64,000 nt of DNA from an uncultured Spirochaetota bacterium. GTDB lineage: Bacteria; Spirochaetota; Spirochaetia; SZUA-6; Fen-1364. Position numbers and translations under genes: made by a program. Positions 18,797-28,824 of the stretch are shown piece after piece. Every line of letters starts with the position of its first letter. Position 1 is the stretch's first letter. The notes beneath the pieces are model-generated. The model searched no databases. It was not told the DNA's origin and was given only the letters and a program-made list of their open reading frames with translations. The stretch covers positions 32,001 to 96,000 of the forward strand of contig CAVUXE010000035.1 of the NCBI GenBank assembly GCA_963745235.1. Reading direction: 5' to 3'.

Positions 18797-20173
18797 ATGA
18801 GCTCCCCGGCTCCCCCGTCTCCGCCGGCTCCCGCGTCTCCCCGGGAACCCCTTGCTGAGCGGATGCGCCCCCGCACTCTTGAGGAGTTCGTGGGGCAATC
18901 CCATATCCTGGGGCCCGACAAGCCTCTTCGCCTCCTGCTGGACTCCGGGCATCTTCCGTCCATCATCTTCTGGGGGCCGCCAGGGTGCGGAAAGAGCTCG
19001 CTCGCGCGGATAATTTCGCAGCGGATGGGCTATTCGTTCCACTTCTTTTCCGCGGTCATTTCGGGGATTCGGGAGCTCAAGGACCTCTTTGCCCGGCTGG
19101 AGTCCGAGACGACGGAGAAGAATCTCGTCTTCATCGACGAGATCCACCGGTTCAACAAGGCCCAGCAGGACGCGTTTCTCCCGTACGTCGAAAAAGGGGT
19201 CATCACCCTCATCGGCACAACGACCATGAACCCGTCCTTCTCCATCGTTTCACCCCTCCTGTCGCGCTCGCGGGTCTTCATCCTCAACACCCTTGACGAA
19301 GCGGAGATCCGGGGAGTCATGGGAAGGGCGCTCGCGGATGCAGAACGCGGATACGGCGGAATGCGGATCACCGTTGAGCCTGAGGTCATGGAGATCATCG
19401 CCCGCTACGCGCAGGGAGACTGCCGCGCTGCCCTCAACGCCCTGGAGATGCTGGTGGAGTCCGCGCGTGCATCCGGAGAAGCGCACGCCCCGGCAGCGGA
19501 GATCGCTCTCACTCGCGCCCGGCTGGAGGCTGTCTTCGAGGGGAGGCTCCCGGAGTATGACCGCGACGGGGAAGGTCACTACAACCTCATCTCGGCGCTG
19601 CACAAGAGCATCAGGGGCTCTGACCCGGACGCGTCCCTGTACTGGCTTGCGCGGATGCTGGAGGGAGGCGAGGATCCCCTGTACATCGCCCGACGGCTCC
19701 TGAGAGTTGCGTCGGAGGACGTGGGTCTCGCGGACCCGCAAGCCCTTGTGATCGCAAGCGCGGCGCAGGAGGCCGTGCATTTCCTGGGAATGCCGGAAGG
19801 AGACCTGGCGCTTGCACAGACCGTCGTCTACCTGGCAACGGCGCCCAAGAGCAACGAGATCTACACGGCATACACGAAGGCGCGTGAGGACGCCCACGGG
19901 CATGGCGCTGATCCTGTCCCTCTTTACCTCAGAAATCCCGTCACCTCCCTCATGAAGAAGGCAGGGTACGGGGATGGATACCTGTACCCGCATGACTATG
20001 AAGGCCGCGTCGTCAGACAGGACTATTTCCCGTCCATGATGAAGGGGAGGAAGTACTACACGCCGTCGGAGTTCGGCTTCGAGAAAGTTGTCGGCAAGCG
20101 GATCAGGTGGTGGGAGGAGAGACGCCGGGGCGGCACGGGCAACGGCCCCCCTGTCGGCCCGGAGGGCACATGA
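18797..20173 (+). CDS. rarA: Replication-associated recombination protein RarA/MgsA
   Basis: PLAERMRP, Walker A WGPPGCGKS, FIDEIHRFNKAQQD, ISALHKSIRGSDPD, YLYPHD. Confidence 0.95.
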   Translation: MSSPAPPSPPAPASPREPLAERMRPRTLEEFVGQSHILGPDKPLRLLLDSGHLPSIIFWGPPGCGKSSLARIISQRMGYSFHFFSAVISGIRELKDLFARLESETTEKNLVFIDEIHRFNKAQQDAFLPYVEKGVITLIGTTTMNPSFSIVSPLLSRSRVFILNTLDEAEIRGVMGRALADAERGYGGMRITVEPEVMEIIARYAQGDCRAALNALEMLVESARASGEAHAPAAEIALTRARLEAVFEGRLPEYDRDGEGHYNLISALHKSIRGSDPDASLYWLARMLEGGEDPLYIARRLLRVASEDVGLADPQALVIASAAQEAVHFLGMPEGDLALAQTVVYLATAPKSNEIYTAYTKAREDAHGHGADPVPLYLRNPVTSLMKKAGYGDGYLYPHDYEGRVVRQDYFPSMMKGRKYYTPSEFGFEKVVGKRIRWWEERRRGGTGNGPPVGPEGT

Positions 20174-20177
20174 GGTC

Positions 20178-21167
20178 CTACGCCCTCAGGTAACTGTCGA
20201 CTATCTCCTGGTACTCGTCGATAGTCTCCGCGTTCACCACGCTCTGGCGAATGATTGCGCCGCTCTCCATCCCCTTCGTATAGGCGACAAAGTGCTTTCT
20301 CATGTCGCGGCAGGCTTTCGCCTCCCCCACGGCCTCGCTCAGCAGTTTCAGGTGGTCCAGCGCCGCAAAAAGCCGCGCGCGGGCATCAACGACCGGGGAT
20401 TTGCCCTCTGCGCGCAGGAGGGATTCGGTCTGGTCGAAAATGAACGGATTGCCCAGGCATCCACGCGCAATCATCACGCCGTCGCAGGCGGTCTTCTCCA
20501 GCATGGTCCTGCAGTCCTGCGGTGAAAAGAGATCCCCTGATCCGAAGACCGGCACGGGGCACGTTTCCTTCAGCGTCCTGATGTGCTCAAGCCTTGCTTT
20601 TCCGCCGAATCCCTGGGCCCGGGTGCGGGAGTGCAGCGTGACCAGGGATGCGCCGGAGAGGACCGCCTCCTCCGCGCACGCAAGGTAGTTGATGGACCCT
20701 TCATCCCATCCGGATCGCAGCTTCACGGTCACGGGAACGTCAGTTTCAGCCCGCATTGCCGAAACGATGGAAGAGATGAGCTTCGGGTTGCGCAGGAGGG
20801 CGGCCCCGCATCCGGTCTTCAGCACTTTGGGAACCGAACACCCGCAGTTCAGGTCGATGAGGGCTGGACGCAAAGCTGCTATCCGGCGGACCGCGGCGGC
20901 CGCGGTTTGCGCCTCCGATGCGAAGATCTGGAAGCCCGTCAGCGTCTCGTTGGGCGCCCGGACAAGGAGCCGCAGCGTGGTGCCGTTGTTGCGCCACAGG
21001 GCATCCGCGGACACCATTTCCGTGAAGCACAGCGGCGCGCCAAAGCGCACGCACACCGAGCGGAATGCGGCATCCGTGTAGCCGGCCATCGGGGCCAGCC
21101 AGAGATTGCCCGGGATCTCCAGGCTTCCGACACGGACCGGATGGAACAGGTCAGTCCTGGAGACCAA
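20178..21167 (-). CDS. dusB: tRNA-dihydrouridine synthase DusB
   Basis: LAPMAGYTD, IDLNCGCSVPKV, VTVKLRSGWD, GVMIARG.LGNPFIF. Confidence 0.9.
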   Translation of the reverse strand: MVSRTDLFHPVRVGSLEIPGNLWLAPMAGYTDAAFRSVCVRFGAPLCFTEMVSADALWRNNGTTLRLLVRAPNETLTGFQIFASEAQTAAAAVRRIAALRPALIDLNCGCSVPKVLKTGCGAALLRNPKLISSIVSAMRAETDVPVTVKLRSGWDEGSINYLACAEEAVLSGASLVTLHSRTRAQGFGGKARLEHIRTLKETCPVPVFGSGDLFSPQDCRTMLEKTACDGVMIARGCLGNPFIFDQTESLLRAEGKSPVVDARARLFAALDHLKLLSEAVGEAKACRDMRKHFVAYTKGMESGAIIRQSVVNAETIDEYQEIVDSYLRA

Positions 21168-21924
21168 AGAACGTGAGGCTGTTTGCGTAGAGAGCTTCCG
21201 TTATTTCCTCCACGGCAACTTCGCGCAGCTGCGCTATGAAAGCCGCAGTCTCGTTGATGTAGGACGGCTTGTTTCGCTTCCCCCGGTAGACGGCGGGCAC
21301 CATGAAGGGCGCCTCACTCTCTATGAGCATGCGGTCCAGCGGGATCTTCTTGGCCGTGTCCTGGAGGTTCCGCGCGTTGCGGTACGTCACGTTTCCGGCG
21401 AACGATATCCAGAGGTTCAGCTCCAGCGCCTTCTTCGCATACTCGTAGTCCTCCGAGTAGCAGTGGAGGATGCCGCCCCGCTTGGGGAGCCTCTCGCGAA
21501 GGATTTCCAGGACGTCAGACCCGGCATCCCGGTTGTGGATGATGACGGGGAGGGACAGCTTTTCCGCCAGCTCCAGCTGTCGGATGAAGAGCTCCACCTG
21601 CGAGTCGCGGTCTCCGAACTTGCGGTAGTAGTCCAGGCCGATCTCTCCAATTGCGACCACCCTGTCCAGCCGGGTGCCCTCCTGGATCTTGGCCTCCCAG
21701 TCGTCCCCCGGCTGCACAACTGAGGACGGAGATATGCCGATACTGTGATAGACGTTTGTTTCCGTCTTGAGGTTCGCGAAGAGCTGGGCGAAGTCAATCA
21801 GGTTGTTGGAGACAGTTACCAGATGCTGAACGCCTTCCTGCCTTGCTTCCTGCACCACGATGAGCTGGTCGATAGGGTCTTCGGTTATGAGGCCTATGTG
21901 GGCGTGTGTGTCAAAATAGCGCAT
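21151..21924 (-). CDS. tatD: TatD family DNase
   Basis: FDTHAH, AIGEIGLDYY, VIIHNRDA, ILHCYS, LIESEAPF. Confidence 0.92.
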   Translation of the reverse strand: MRYFDTHAHIGLITEDPIDQLIVVQEARQEGVQHLVTVSNNLIDFAQLFANLKTETNVYHSIGISPSSVVQPGDDWEAKIQEGTRLDRVVAIGEIGLDYYRKFGDRDSQVELFIRQLELAEKLSLPVIIHNRDAGSDVLEILRERLPKRGGILHCYSEDYEYAKKALELNLWISFAGNVTYRNARNLQDTAKKIPLDRMLIESEAPFMVPAVYRGKRNKPSYINETAAFIAQLREVAVEEITEALYANSLTFFGLQD

Positions 21925-22098
21925 ATGTCTCCGTTGGATTTGGCTCTCGAAAGAGGTTGTCTTTCTTCTTCCGAATTTTCTAAAGGATATCACGAGGCTG
22001 GGAGCAAGTCAAATTCTATTTCGGGCATTTTCGTCGCCCATTTCCCCCCCGTTTCGCCGTTCCTCTCAAACGCATGGGCATCGCGGAGGCTCCTGCGT

Positions 22099-22127
22099 TT
22101 GACAAAAGATCCCCCGTATGGTAGCAT
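22099..22127 (+). promoter_or_regulatory. Sigma70 promoter of the M23 operon
   Basis: TTGACA-17 nt-TAGCAT. Confidence 0.6.
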
Positions 22128-22153
22128 TCGCAAGAATTCGAAGGAAAGAGGCC

Positions 22154-23194
22154 TTGCCCGTTACCCAATATAAGAAGGTCGAGAAGCAATTCGCTGACAG
22201 ATTCGGGTCATGGCTGCGGCGGATCTGGGTCTCGATCCTGAGCTTCTTCAAATACATCATGCAAAAGGGGAAGCAGCGCTTCACGGTCATGCTGATCCCC
22301 CATTCGGAGAAGAAGATCTTCAATTTCCAGATCTCCTTCTTCACCCTCATTTTCGTCACGTGCACCCTTGGCGTTGTCCTGGTCGGCTTCTTCCTGCTTG
22401 CCACCAGCTACACCTACACGAATGAGAAGATCGTGAAGGTCTCCCAGGACCTGCAGAACAACGAGACGACAATGGAGAACCTGAAGGACGAGATCTCGGG
22501 CATCCGCAAGGCCGGGAGGAGCTTCAAGGCCAGCATGGACAACGTGATGCGGGTCATCGGGAACCAGGATTACCTCAACGCCAACGGGACCGCGGGAGTC
22601 AGCGCCCTGTATGTGACCCCGGAGGAAACCGAGGGGGGGAACCTCAAGGAGCTGGCGGACTTGAAGAGCATGACGAGCCTCATGCAGAACTCGGTGGAGC
22701 CGCTCGACGAAATACAGAAGATGATCAGCAACTACAACGAGCTGCTGGCCGACACCCCCACCTTGTGGCCTTTGAAGGGAGTCCATGGCAACATCACGAC
22801 CCGCTTCGGCTGGACAATCCACCCCTTCACTCACCTTGGGTATCTCCATACGGGAGTGGACATCGCCTGGGCGCTCGGGACTCCCGTGGAAGCAACCGCA
22901 AACGGCACGGTCGTGCAGACCGGCTACACGGAAGACGCCGGCAACTACATCACCATTCAGCATAAGTACGGGTTCACCACCCGCTACCTCCACCTCCTTG
23001 AGATCGTCACCCGCAAGGGGAACCACGTGAACCGGGGGGAAACCATCGGATACGTGGGGAGCACCGGCCTGTCCACCGGCCCCCATCTGCACTACGAAGT
23101 CCGCCTGGGCGCCAACTACGTCGACCCCATGAACTTCCTCCTGATCACCCCCGACCTCGCGGGAGCGAAGGTCAGCGGGAGGGCCACAGATTGA
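22154..23194 (+). CDS. M23 family peptidoglycan endopeptidase
   Basis: TM anchor and coiled coil; HTGVD, YLHL and GLSTGPHLHYEV zinc motifs. TTG start inferred from RBS. Confidence 0.9.
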   Translation: MPVTQYKKVEKQFADRFGSWLRRIWVSILSFFKYIMQKGKQRFTVMLIPHSEKKIFNFQISFFTLIFVTCTLGVVLVGFFLLATSYTYTNEKIVKVSQDLQNNETTMENLKDEISGIRKAGRSFKASMDNVMRVIGNQDYLNANGTAGVSALYVTPEETEGGNLKELADLKSMTSLMQNSVEPLDEIQKMISNYNELLADTPTLWPLKGVHGNITTRFGWTIHPFTHLGYLHTGVDIAWALGTPVEATANGTVVQTGYTEDAGNYITIQHKYGFTTRYLHLLEIVTRKGNHVNRGETIGYVGSTGLSTGPHLHYEVRLGANYVDPMNFLLITPDLAGAKVSGRATD

Positions 23195-23637
23195 GCGACA
23201 CCCGGTTCACGGATGACGCCTTCATAAACTCCATCATCGGAGAAGGGACCCGGTTCAAGGGAGAGTTCGATCTGAACGGCCTTCTGCGCATAGACGGGGA
23301 CTTTACGGGTGTCATCCGCACCCGGGGGAAGGTGCTTGTGGGCCAGAACGGCCGGGCGGAATGCACGCTTCACGCGGGGACAGTGGTGGTGGGCGGAGTG
23401 GTACGGGGGGAAATCGTTTCCACGGAGAAAGTGATCATCCTGTCCACGGGGCTCGTGCTTGGCAACATCTCCACGCCGCGGCTCATTGTGGAGGAAGGGG
23501 TCATTTTCAACGGGTCATGCAGGATCATGACGCCCGGCACGGATGCTCCCCGCAGCGGCCCGTCGAACGGGCAGAAGCCGGCAGCGGCTCTTTCCCAGAG
23601 AGAGGCTGCCACGCTGCAGGGGCAGCAGAAGCGCTGA
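23191..23637 (+). CDS. Bactofilin (polymer-forming cytoskeletal protein)
   Basis: NSIIGEGTRFKGEF..NGLLRIDGDFTG beta-helix repeats; translationally coupled to the M23 gene. Confidence 0.9.
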   Translation: MSDTRFTDDAFINSIIGEGTRFKGEFDLNGLLRIDGDFTGVIRTRGKVLVGQNGRAECTLHAGTVVVGGVVRGEIVSTEKVIILSTGLVLGNISTPRLIVEEGVIFNGSCRIMTPGTDAPRSGPSNGQKPAAALSQREAATLQGQQKR

Positions 23638-23652
23638 CGGGCGTCTTGCCCA

Positions 23653-24138
23653 GTGGCACGGATAGATTCGCTCGGGGAGCCGTCGTCCTGGCTCGTTCCT
23701 GAAAAAAAGAAGGCGGGGAAGAAAGACAAGGCGCAGCGCAAGACCTTTTCCGAGCTCGTGGAGTCAGCCGAGCAGGGAGAAGGCGCTGAGCAGGAAGACC
23801 TTTCGGATTCGGAGCGAAGGCGGGGGCTGGAAGAGCTTCTGGACGGCGTGTTCGCGTCGGGGGACGCGTTGAAGAAAACTCCTACAATGGATACCATCAG
23901 GGAATACCGCCACACGGTGAAGAGCTTCGTGAAGTTTGTCGTGCAGCATTCCATCCGGGTGGAGGAGACGACCTCGGGCGCGAACATCATGAAGCGGAAA
24001 CGATTCACCCTCGTCAGGGTGATAGATGAGAAGCTGGATGCGCTGGCCGCCTCCGTCCTGGCCGGGCAGAAAGAGCAGATTTCGATTCTTGCGCAGATCG
24101 ACCAGATCAACGGCCTGCTGGTGGACCTGGTTTCCTGA
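23653..24138 (+). CDS. YaaR/DUF327 family protein
   Basis: GDALKKTPTMDTIREYRHTVKSFV...IDEKLDAL...IDQINGLLVDL. Confidence 0.8.
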   Translation: MARIDSLGEPSSWLVPEKKKAGKKDKAQRKTFSELVESAEQGEGAEQEDLSDSERRRGLEELLDGVFASGDALKKTPTMDTIREYRHTVKSFVKFVVQHSIRVEETTSGANIMKRKRFTLVRVIDEKLDALAASVLAGQKEQISILAQIDQINGLLVDLVS

Positions 24139-24163
24139 CCTTCGCACGAGAGGAGCGAATCGC

Positions 24164-25114
24164 ATGGGCGATCATGACGACATCATCACCGAAGATTCCT
24201 TTCCGGAAGAAACAGAGCAGCCTGCGTCGCAGCCCGTGGCGATAGACGGGAAGGTGGTCTGGCGCGTGAAGGTGCTGTACTCCAGCGCAACGGAGTTCTG
24301 CGAGGCCCCCGCGGGGGTCGAGGTCAAGGTGGGGGACATGGTCGTAGTGCCCACCCGCTACGGCAATGAGCTGGGCAGGGTCCTGGGAAGAGAGACGGAT
24401 CCGGCGGAAATCACGAGCGAGCTGCGCACCCTGCAGCGCGCGGCGAGCGCCGCGGACCTGCTTCGGGTGGAAGAGAACGACACGCGGGAAGAGAGGGCCT
24501 TCGAGATCTGCCGCGAGAAGGTGGAGGCGCGCGGCCTTTCCATGAAGCTCGTGAGCGCTCATTACATCCTTGATGAGCAGAAGATCCTCTTCTTCTTCAC
24601 CGCTGAGAACCGCGTGGACTTCCGGGAGCTCGTCAAGGACCTGGTGGCCGTTTTCAAGACGCGGATCGAGCTGCGCCAGATCGGGGTGCGCGACGAGGCG
24701 CGCGTGGTGGGCGGCCTCGGAATCTGCGGGCGCGCCCTGTGCTGCAACGCCGTCACTGACAGGCTGCGTCCCGTGTCCATCAAGATGGCGAAGGAGCAGA
24801 ACCTTACCCTGAACTCCATGAAGATCTCGGGACCCTGCGGACGACTCCTGTGCTGCCTGTCCTACGAGTTCGACGTGTACAAGGAGGCCCGCCAGACCCT
24901 CCCGGGCCTGGGCACGCGCGTTCACTATGACGGAGAAGAGTTCAAGGTCACGGACATGAACGTCCTGGCCAGGCGCCTGCGCTTCCAGGGAGAGAGCGGG
25001 CGCGTCCTGGACGTCGGGTTCGACTCCCTGTCGCGCAACCCCCAGACCCAGGCCTGGGAGCTTCACGTCCGGACAAGCGCAGAGCAGTCCTCCACAGACC
25101 CGGTCAGTAAGTGA
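24164..25114 (+). CDS. PSP1-domain protein (RicT/YaaT-like)
   Basis: RVDFRELVKDL, RIELRQIGVRDE, GICGRALCC, KISGPCGRLLCCLSYE. Confidence 0.9.
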   Translation: MGDHDDIITEDSFPEETEQPASQPVAIDGKVVWRVKVLYSSATEFCEAPAGVEVKVGDMVVVPTRYGNELGRVLGRETDPAEITSELRTLQRAASAADLLRVEENDTREERAFEICREKVEARGLSMKLVSAHYILDEQKILFFFTAENRVDFRELVKDLVAVFKTRIELRQIGVRDEARVVGGLGICGRALCCNAVTDRLRPVSIKMAKEQNLTLNSMKISGPCGRLLCCLSYEFDVYKEARQTLPGLGTRVHYDGEEFKVTDMNVLARRLRFQGESGRVLDVGFDSLSRNPQTQAWELHVRTSAEQSSTDPVSK

Positions 25115-26513
25115 CCTTTTCACCCTTCGCCAGCGCGTCCAGCTTGGAGGCCATGGTCGTGAGCTGCTGGCGTGTCAGGGCGAACTCACTCCTCCCGTTT
25201 ACGAAGATCGCGTCGAAGTCCCGGTCATAGGGGGCATAGGTGATCGTTGCGGCGCCTGCGGGCCCCTTGTTCAGGAAGAACCGCACCGTCACGTCGGGTA
25301 TCTCCGGAACCTTCCTTTTCGCTTCCCCCTCGATCTGCATGCCGATCAGCTGCTGGTAGAAGGCCTTGAAGGAGTCCTCCTCCACCTGTTTGCCGTCCAC
25401 CGTGTAGGTGGCCTGCACGGTGTCCTGCTCTCCCTTCTTCTCCGCTTTCTTCGTTACGCGCGCAATGGCGAGGGTGTGCGTGATCCCCCCGCGTGCGATC
25501 TCGATCTTGTCCACGTCATCAATGTTGGGGATGAAGACGAACTTGTCCACGATGTCCCAGGCGGTGGTCTTCAGGAACCCGAGGCTCGACGTGTCGGTGG
25601 CGTAGACGCTGGGCCGTCCGCGGATCATGAAATATGTCTTGTCCTTGCCGTCCTCCGACCCGATGAGGAAATCAATCGTGTTCGACTTGTCGCTCACCAC
25701 CACCTGCGCGCGAGGCCGCGCGAGGCCGTACTTCGAAAGGTCACTCGGCGCGTCGTTCACGAACGAAGAGATCTGGATCTGCTGGGGCCCCTTGATCAGC
25801 TGGTCCCCTTTCTCCCCGTCCACCCCGCGAGGGGTCGCATAGGGACGAGTCATCAGGTATTTGCCGAATCCGAGCTGGAAGGTCTTCATCTGCTGGTCCG
25901 TCTTCTGCTGAAGGGCGATCTCCGTGCCGCCGGCCGTGGACATGCGGAAGGAGGTGATCTGGTCGTAGTTGATCTCCGGCGTGATCTTCTTGTCGCGCAG
26001 GTCAGCGAGGGTCCAGTGCATCTGGTCTCCAGTGCTCTGCCACACCGTGTAGACCTTCGGGTCACCCTTCACCTGCAGGTAGTAGGTGTTGCCTGTCGGT
26101 GACTTGTCCCCGAGCAGCAGGGTCTTCGTGGTGCCATCACTGAACATCGCGACCCCCTGCGCCCGGGGAGGGTCGAGCCCGAACTGCTTGAGGTCCGTCG
26201 GATTCTCATCTATCATGCGCTCAGCCGTGAGGGACGTGAAGGTCAGGGCAAGATCGTCGAGAGAGGACTGATCCAGGGCATACTGCCCGGGAACCCCGAC
26301 TGCCCACGCCTTTCCTTTCTTCTCCAGGGTCAGGGGGCCCTCGGTCCTGTCGCTGAGAACAATCTTCACGAGCTTGTCCTTGTCTGCCTTGAGAAGCTCA
26401 GGCTGCGCGGCCGCGGCCTTGACCGGTTTCGCCCGGGTGACCACGAAGTACGCGCCCACCAGCCCCGCCAGCACGACGAGGACAATGACGAGGGTGAGAA
26501 GACGCCTGCTCAT
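25104..26513 (-). CDS. DUF4340 domain protein
   Basis: N-terminal TM; repeated DLKQFGLDPP / DLSKYGLARP modules; last gene of the Gld-like ABC operon. Confidence 0.75.
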   Translation of the reverse strand: MSRRLLTLVIVLVVLAGLVGAYFVVTRAKPVKAAAAQPELLKADKDKLVKIVLSDRTEGPLTLEKKGKAWAVGVPGQYALDQSSLDDLALTFTSLTAERMIDENPTDLKQFGLDPPRAQGVAMFSDGTTKTLLLGDKSPTGNTYYLQVKGDPKVYTVWQSTGDQMHWTLADLRDKKITPEINYDQITSFRMSTAGGTEIALQQKTDQQMKTFQLGFGKYLMTRPYATPRGVDGEKGDQLIKGPQQIQISSFVNDAPSDLSKYGLARPRAQVVVSDKSNTIDFLIGSEDGKDKTYFMIRGRPSVYATDTSSLGFLKTTAWDIVDKFVFIPNIDDVDKIEIARGGITHTLAIARVTKKAEKKGEQDTVQATYTVDGKQVEEDSFKAFYQQLIGMQIEGEAKRKVPEIPDVTVRFFLNKGPAGAATITYAPYDRDFDAIFVNGRSEFALTRQQLTTMASKLDALAKGEKVTY

Positions 26514-27940
26514 AGATGCCGTCTCCTGATCCAGACAGTGAATCCCGCTCCCAGAACGAGGAGCGGCATGAGGATGACAACCAGGCCGGAGAAGAGAAGC
26601 GCCTGGAGGTTGCTGATTCCCAGCCGCATGGTGAGCATGTCCTTTGGCCGGACCGTGATCTCATCCTTCTTGCCCCTCAGCCAGCCCAGGGTGTTCATGA
26701 AGAAGTCGACGTTCCCCGGGATCTGGGAGGAGAGAGACTGCGTGAGGAACCGCGCGGAAGCCACCACGATGAGCTTGGTGTCTTTCTGTGACTGATCAGC
26801 CGCCGGATCAGTGATTGCAGCGGCAAGCGTGAAGGGGCCCGGGGCGTCCCCTTTCTCCTTTGCCAGCGTGGATATGTTTTCGATGTTCCTCTTCCCCCAC
26901 GAGTTGTCGGATGAGCTGAGAAGTGGCTCGATCTTCAACGACCTCTTCTTCAGGGCGAGCGTCTCGATTGACTGAGAGAAGGGCATGAGGATGGCCAGGT
27001 TGGCCGTGCGCAGCGGTGAGAGGATGTCATGGTTTTCGAGCTTGGGAATCAGGTACATGGGATTTCCGGCGGCCACGCTGTTCTGGTTGCCTTCCACGAC
27101 AACCATGCTGTGGACCGCGACCCCGTAGCTCTTGAGGATTCCGGCCAGGTTCGGGAAGACACCGTCGCTTCGCAGCAGGTCGAAGATCAGCTCCGCCCTT
27201 CCCCCCGCGGAGAGGTACGTCCTGATCTTGGCGTCATCTTCGTTGGAGATGTCCGTCTTGGGCGCGAGGACCAGCAGGATGTCCGCATCCGCCGGGACCG
27301 CAGGCACGGTCAGCAGCGTAAGGGGCTTCACCTCGTAGTTCTCATTGCCGACCGCCGTGCTCAGTCCGAGGGAATCCAGGGTCTGCTCTCCATGCCCCTG
27401 GAGGACGTAGATGGTCACGTTCTTTGCCGCGGTCACGTACATGATGGCTGATGTGACTCTCTGCTCCACGGAGAGCGAGGTGAGCGTGGGCTCCTGGTTC
27501 GGATTGGAGTAGTCGTAATTGTACATGTCGTACTGGCCGATGGTCTTGAACCGCGGGCCGCTCGCCACCACCACGGAGCCGGCGCCGGGGCCCTGGCCGT
27601 TGGTTTCGTACTGCCTGGCCCAGCCGGGATTCCTCTCCGGGTCCATTGTCTGGAGCTTTATGTGGTGGTTTCGCGCCGCGTACTTGGAGAGGATCTCCTT
27701 GACGGTCTGATCCTCGTTGCCGGCCCTGGCAACCATGGAGATCGTGACGTCGGCGGCAAGGCCATCGAGGACTTTGAAGGTCTCGGGGGACAGCGAGAAG
27801 AGGTGGTTCTTCGTGAGGTCCAGCTTCCCGGGGATCTGCTGGACAAGGACGTTGATGACGACGATAACGGCCAGCGCGGCAACGATGAGGAGCGTCGCGT
27901 AGCCTCCGAATCGGAGCTTCCTGGTAATGAGTTTTTTCAC
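26510..27940 (-). CDS. GldG-like ABC transporter auxiliary protein
   Basis: LDLTKNHLFSLS, VEQRVTSAI, YVLQGHGE, GNVDFFMN; C-terminal TM ending WIRRR. Confidence 0.8.
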   Translation of the reverse strand: MKKLITRKLRFGGYATLLIVAALAVIVVINVLVQQIPGKLDLTKNHLFSLSPETFKVLDGLAADVTISMVARAGNEDQTVKEILSKYAARNHHIKLQTMDPERNPGWARQYETNGQGPGAGSVVVASGPRFKTIGQYDMYNYDYSNPNQEPTLTSLSVEQRVTSAIMYVTAAKNVTIYVLQGHGEQTLDSLGLSTAVGNENYEVKPLTLLTVPAVPADADILLVLAPKTDISNEDDAKIRTYLSAGGRAELIFDLLRSDGVFPNLAGILKSYGVAVHSMVVVEGNQNSVAAGNPMYLIPKLENHDILSPLRTANLAILMPFSQSIETLALKKRSLKIEPLLSSSDNSWGKRNIENISTLAKEKGDAPGPFTLAAAITDPAADQSQKDTKLIVVASARFLTQSLSSQIPGNVDFFMNTLGWLRGKKDEITVRPKDMLTMRLGISNLQALLFSGLVVILMPLLVLGAGFTVWIRRRHL

Positions 27941-27953
27941 GGGCGTATCTCCC

Positions 27954-28823
27954 TTATATCCAGCGCCGTCTCTCGATCATCCGGACCGTGAGGAACACGA
28001 ACGCGCCGGAGAACGAGACGTAATAGACGATGGGGGCCAGCCCGAGGACGCCCATGCTGAAGTCGTTGTATCGCTTCAGGAGCGAGAACCAGTTGAGGAT
28101 CCTGGCAATCAGGCCGTCGTAGAAGGACCTCTTCAGGACGAACAGGAGCACCAGGACGACCGCCGCGACAACCAGGGTCAGGACGGCCGCGGGCGTGCTC
28201 CGCGTGCTGAAGAATACAAGGGCAACCAGCGCGAGGGCCAGGAGGGCCAGGAACACCAGCCCGGAGACCGCATCACTGGGGACGCTCTGCGCGATGAAAT
28301 CCAGGATCCAGATCAGCAGCAGGGCCGCGAAGGTCTCCACCGCGGCAATGAGCTGATTGTCGGTGAGAGAAGAGAAGAACAGTCCCACGGCGATGAAGCT
28401 GGACCCCAGGAGGAAGAACCCGATATAGCCTCCTATGATCTCCCACCACCCCAGCCCACCCAGGGCGAAGAAGCTCATGATGATCGGATAGATCAGGGTG
28501 ATGAGAAGCGTGATGAGGAAGACTCCCACCGCGGCGAAGTACTTGCCGACCACGATCCCCGTGATCCCGAGGGGGCTCGTGATGAGGAGCTGGTCCGTCT
28601 TCTGCCGCGTCTCTTCCGAGATCAACCTCATGGTCAGGATGGGCACCACGAAGAGGAAGATGAAGGTGATGGACCCCAGGACCCCCGTGTAGTTCGGATT
28701 CCCCGACAGGAGGTTCGAGATGGCGAAGAACACGCCGGCCAGCAGGATGAAGAAGCCGATGAACGTGAACCCGATGGGCGAAACGAAGTATGCGGCCAGC
28801 TCGCGTCGGAAGACTGCCAGCAT
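27954..28823 (-). CDS. GldF-like ABC-2 permease
   Basis: FRRELAAYFVSPIG, LTMRLISEE.RQKTDQLL.TSP, SSLTDNQLIAA. Confidence 0.85.
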   Translation of the reverse strand: MLAVFRRELAAYFVSPIGFTFIGFFILLAGVFFAISNLLSGNPNYTGVLGSITFIFLFVVPILTMRLISEETRQKTDQLLITSPLGITGIVVGKYFAAVGVFLITLLITLIYPIIMSFFALGGLGWWEIIGGYIGFFLLGSSFIAVGLFFSSLTDNQLIAAVETFAALLLIWILDFIAQSVPSDAVSGLVFLALLALALVALVFFSTRSTPAAVLTLVVAAVVLVLLFVLKRSFYDGLIARILNWFSLLKRYNDFSMGVLGLAPIVYYVSFSGAFVFLTVRMIERRRWI

Positions 28824-28824
28824 G

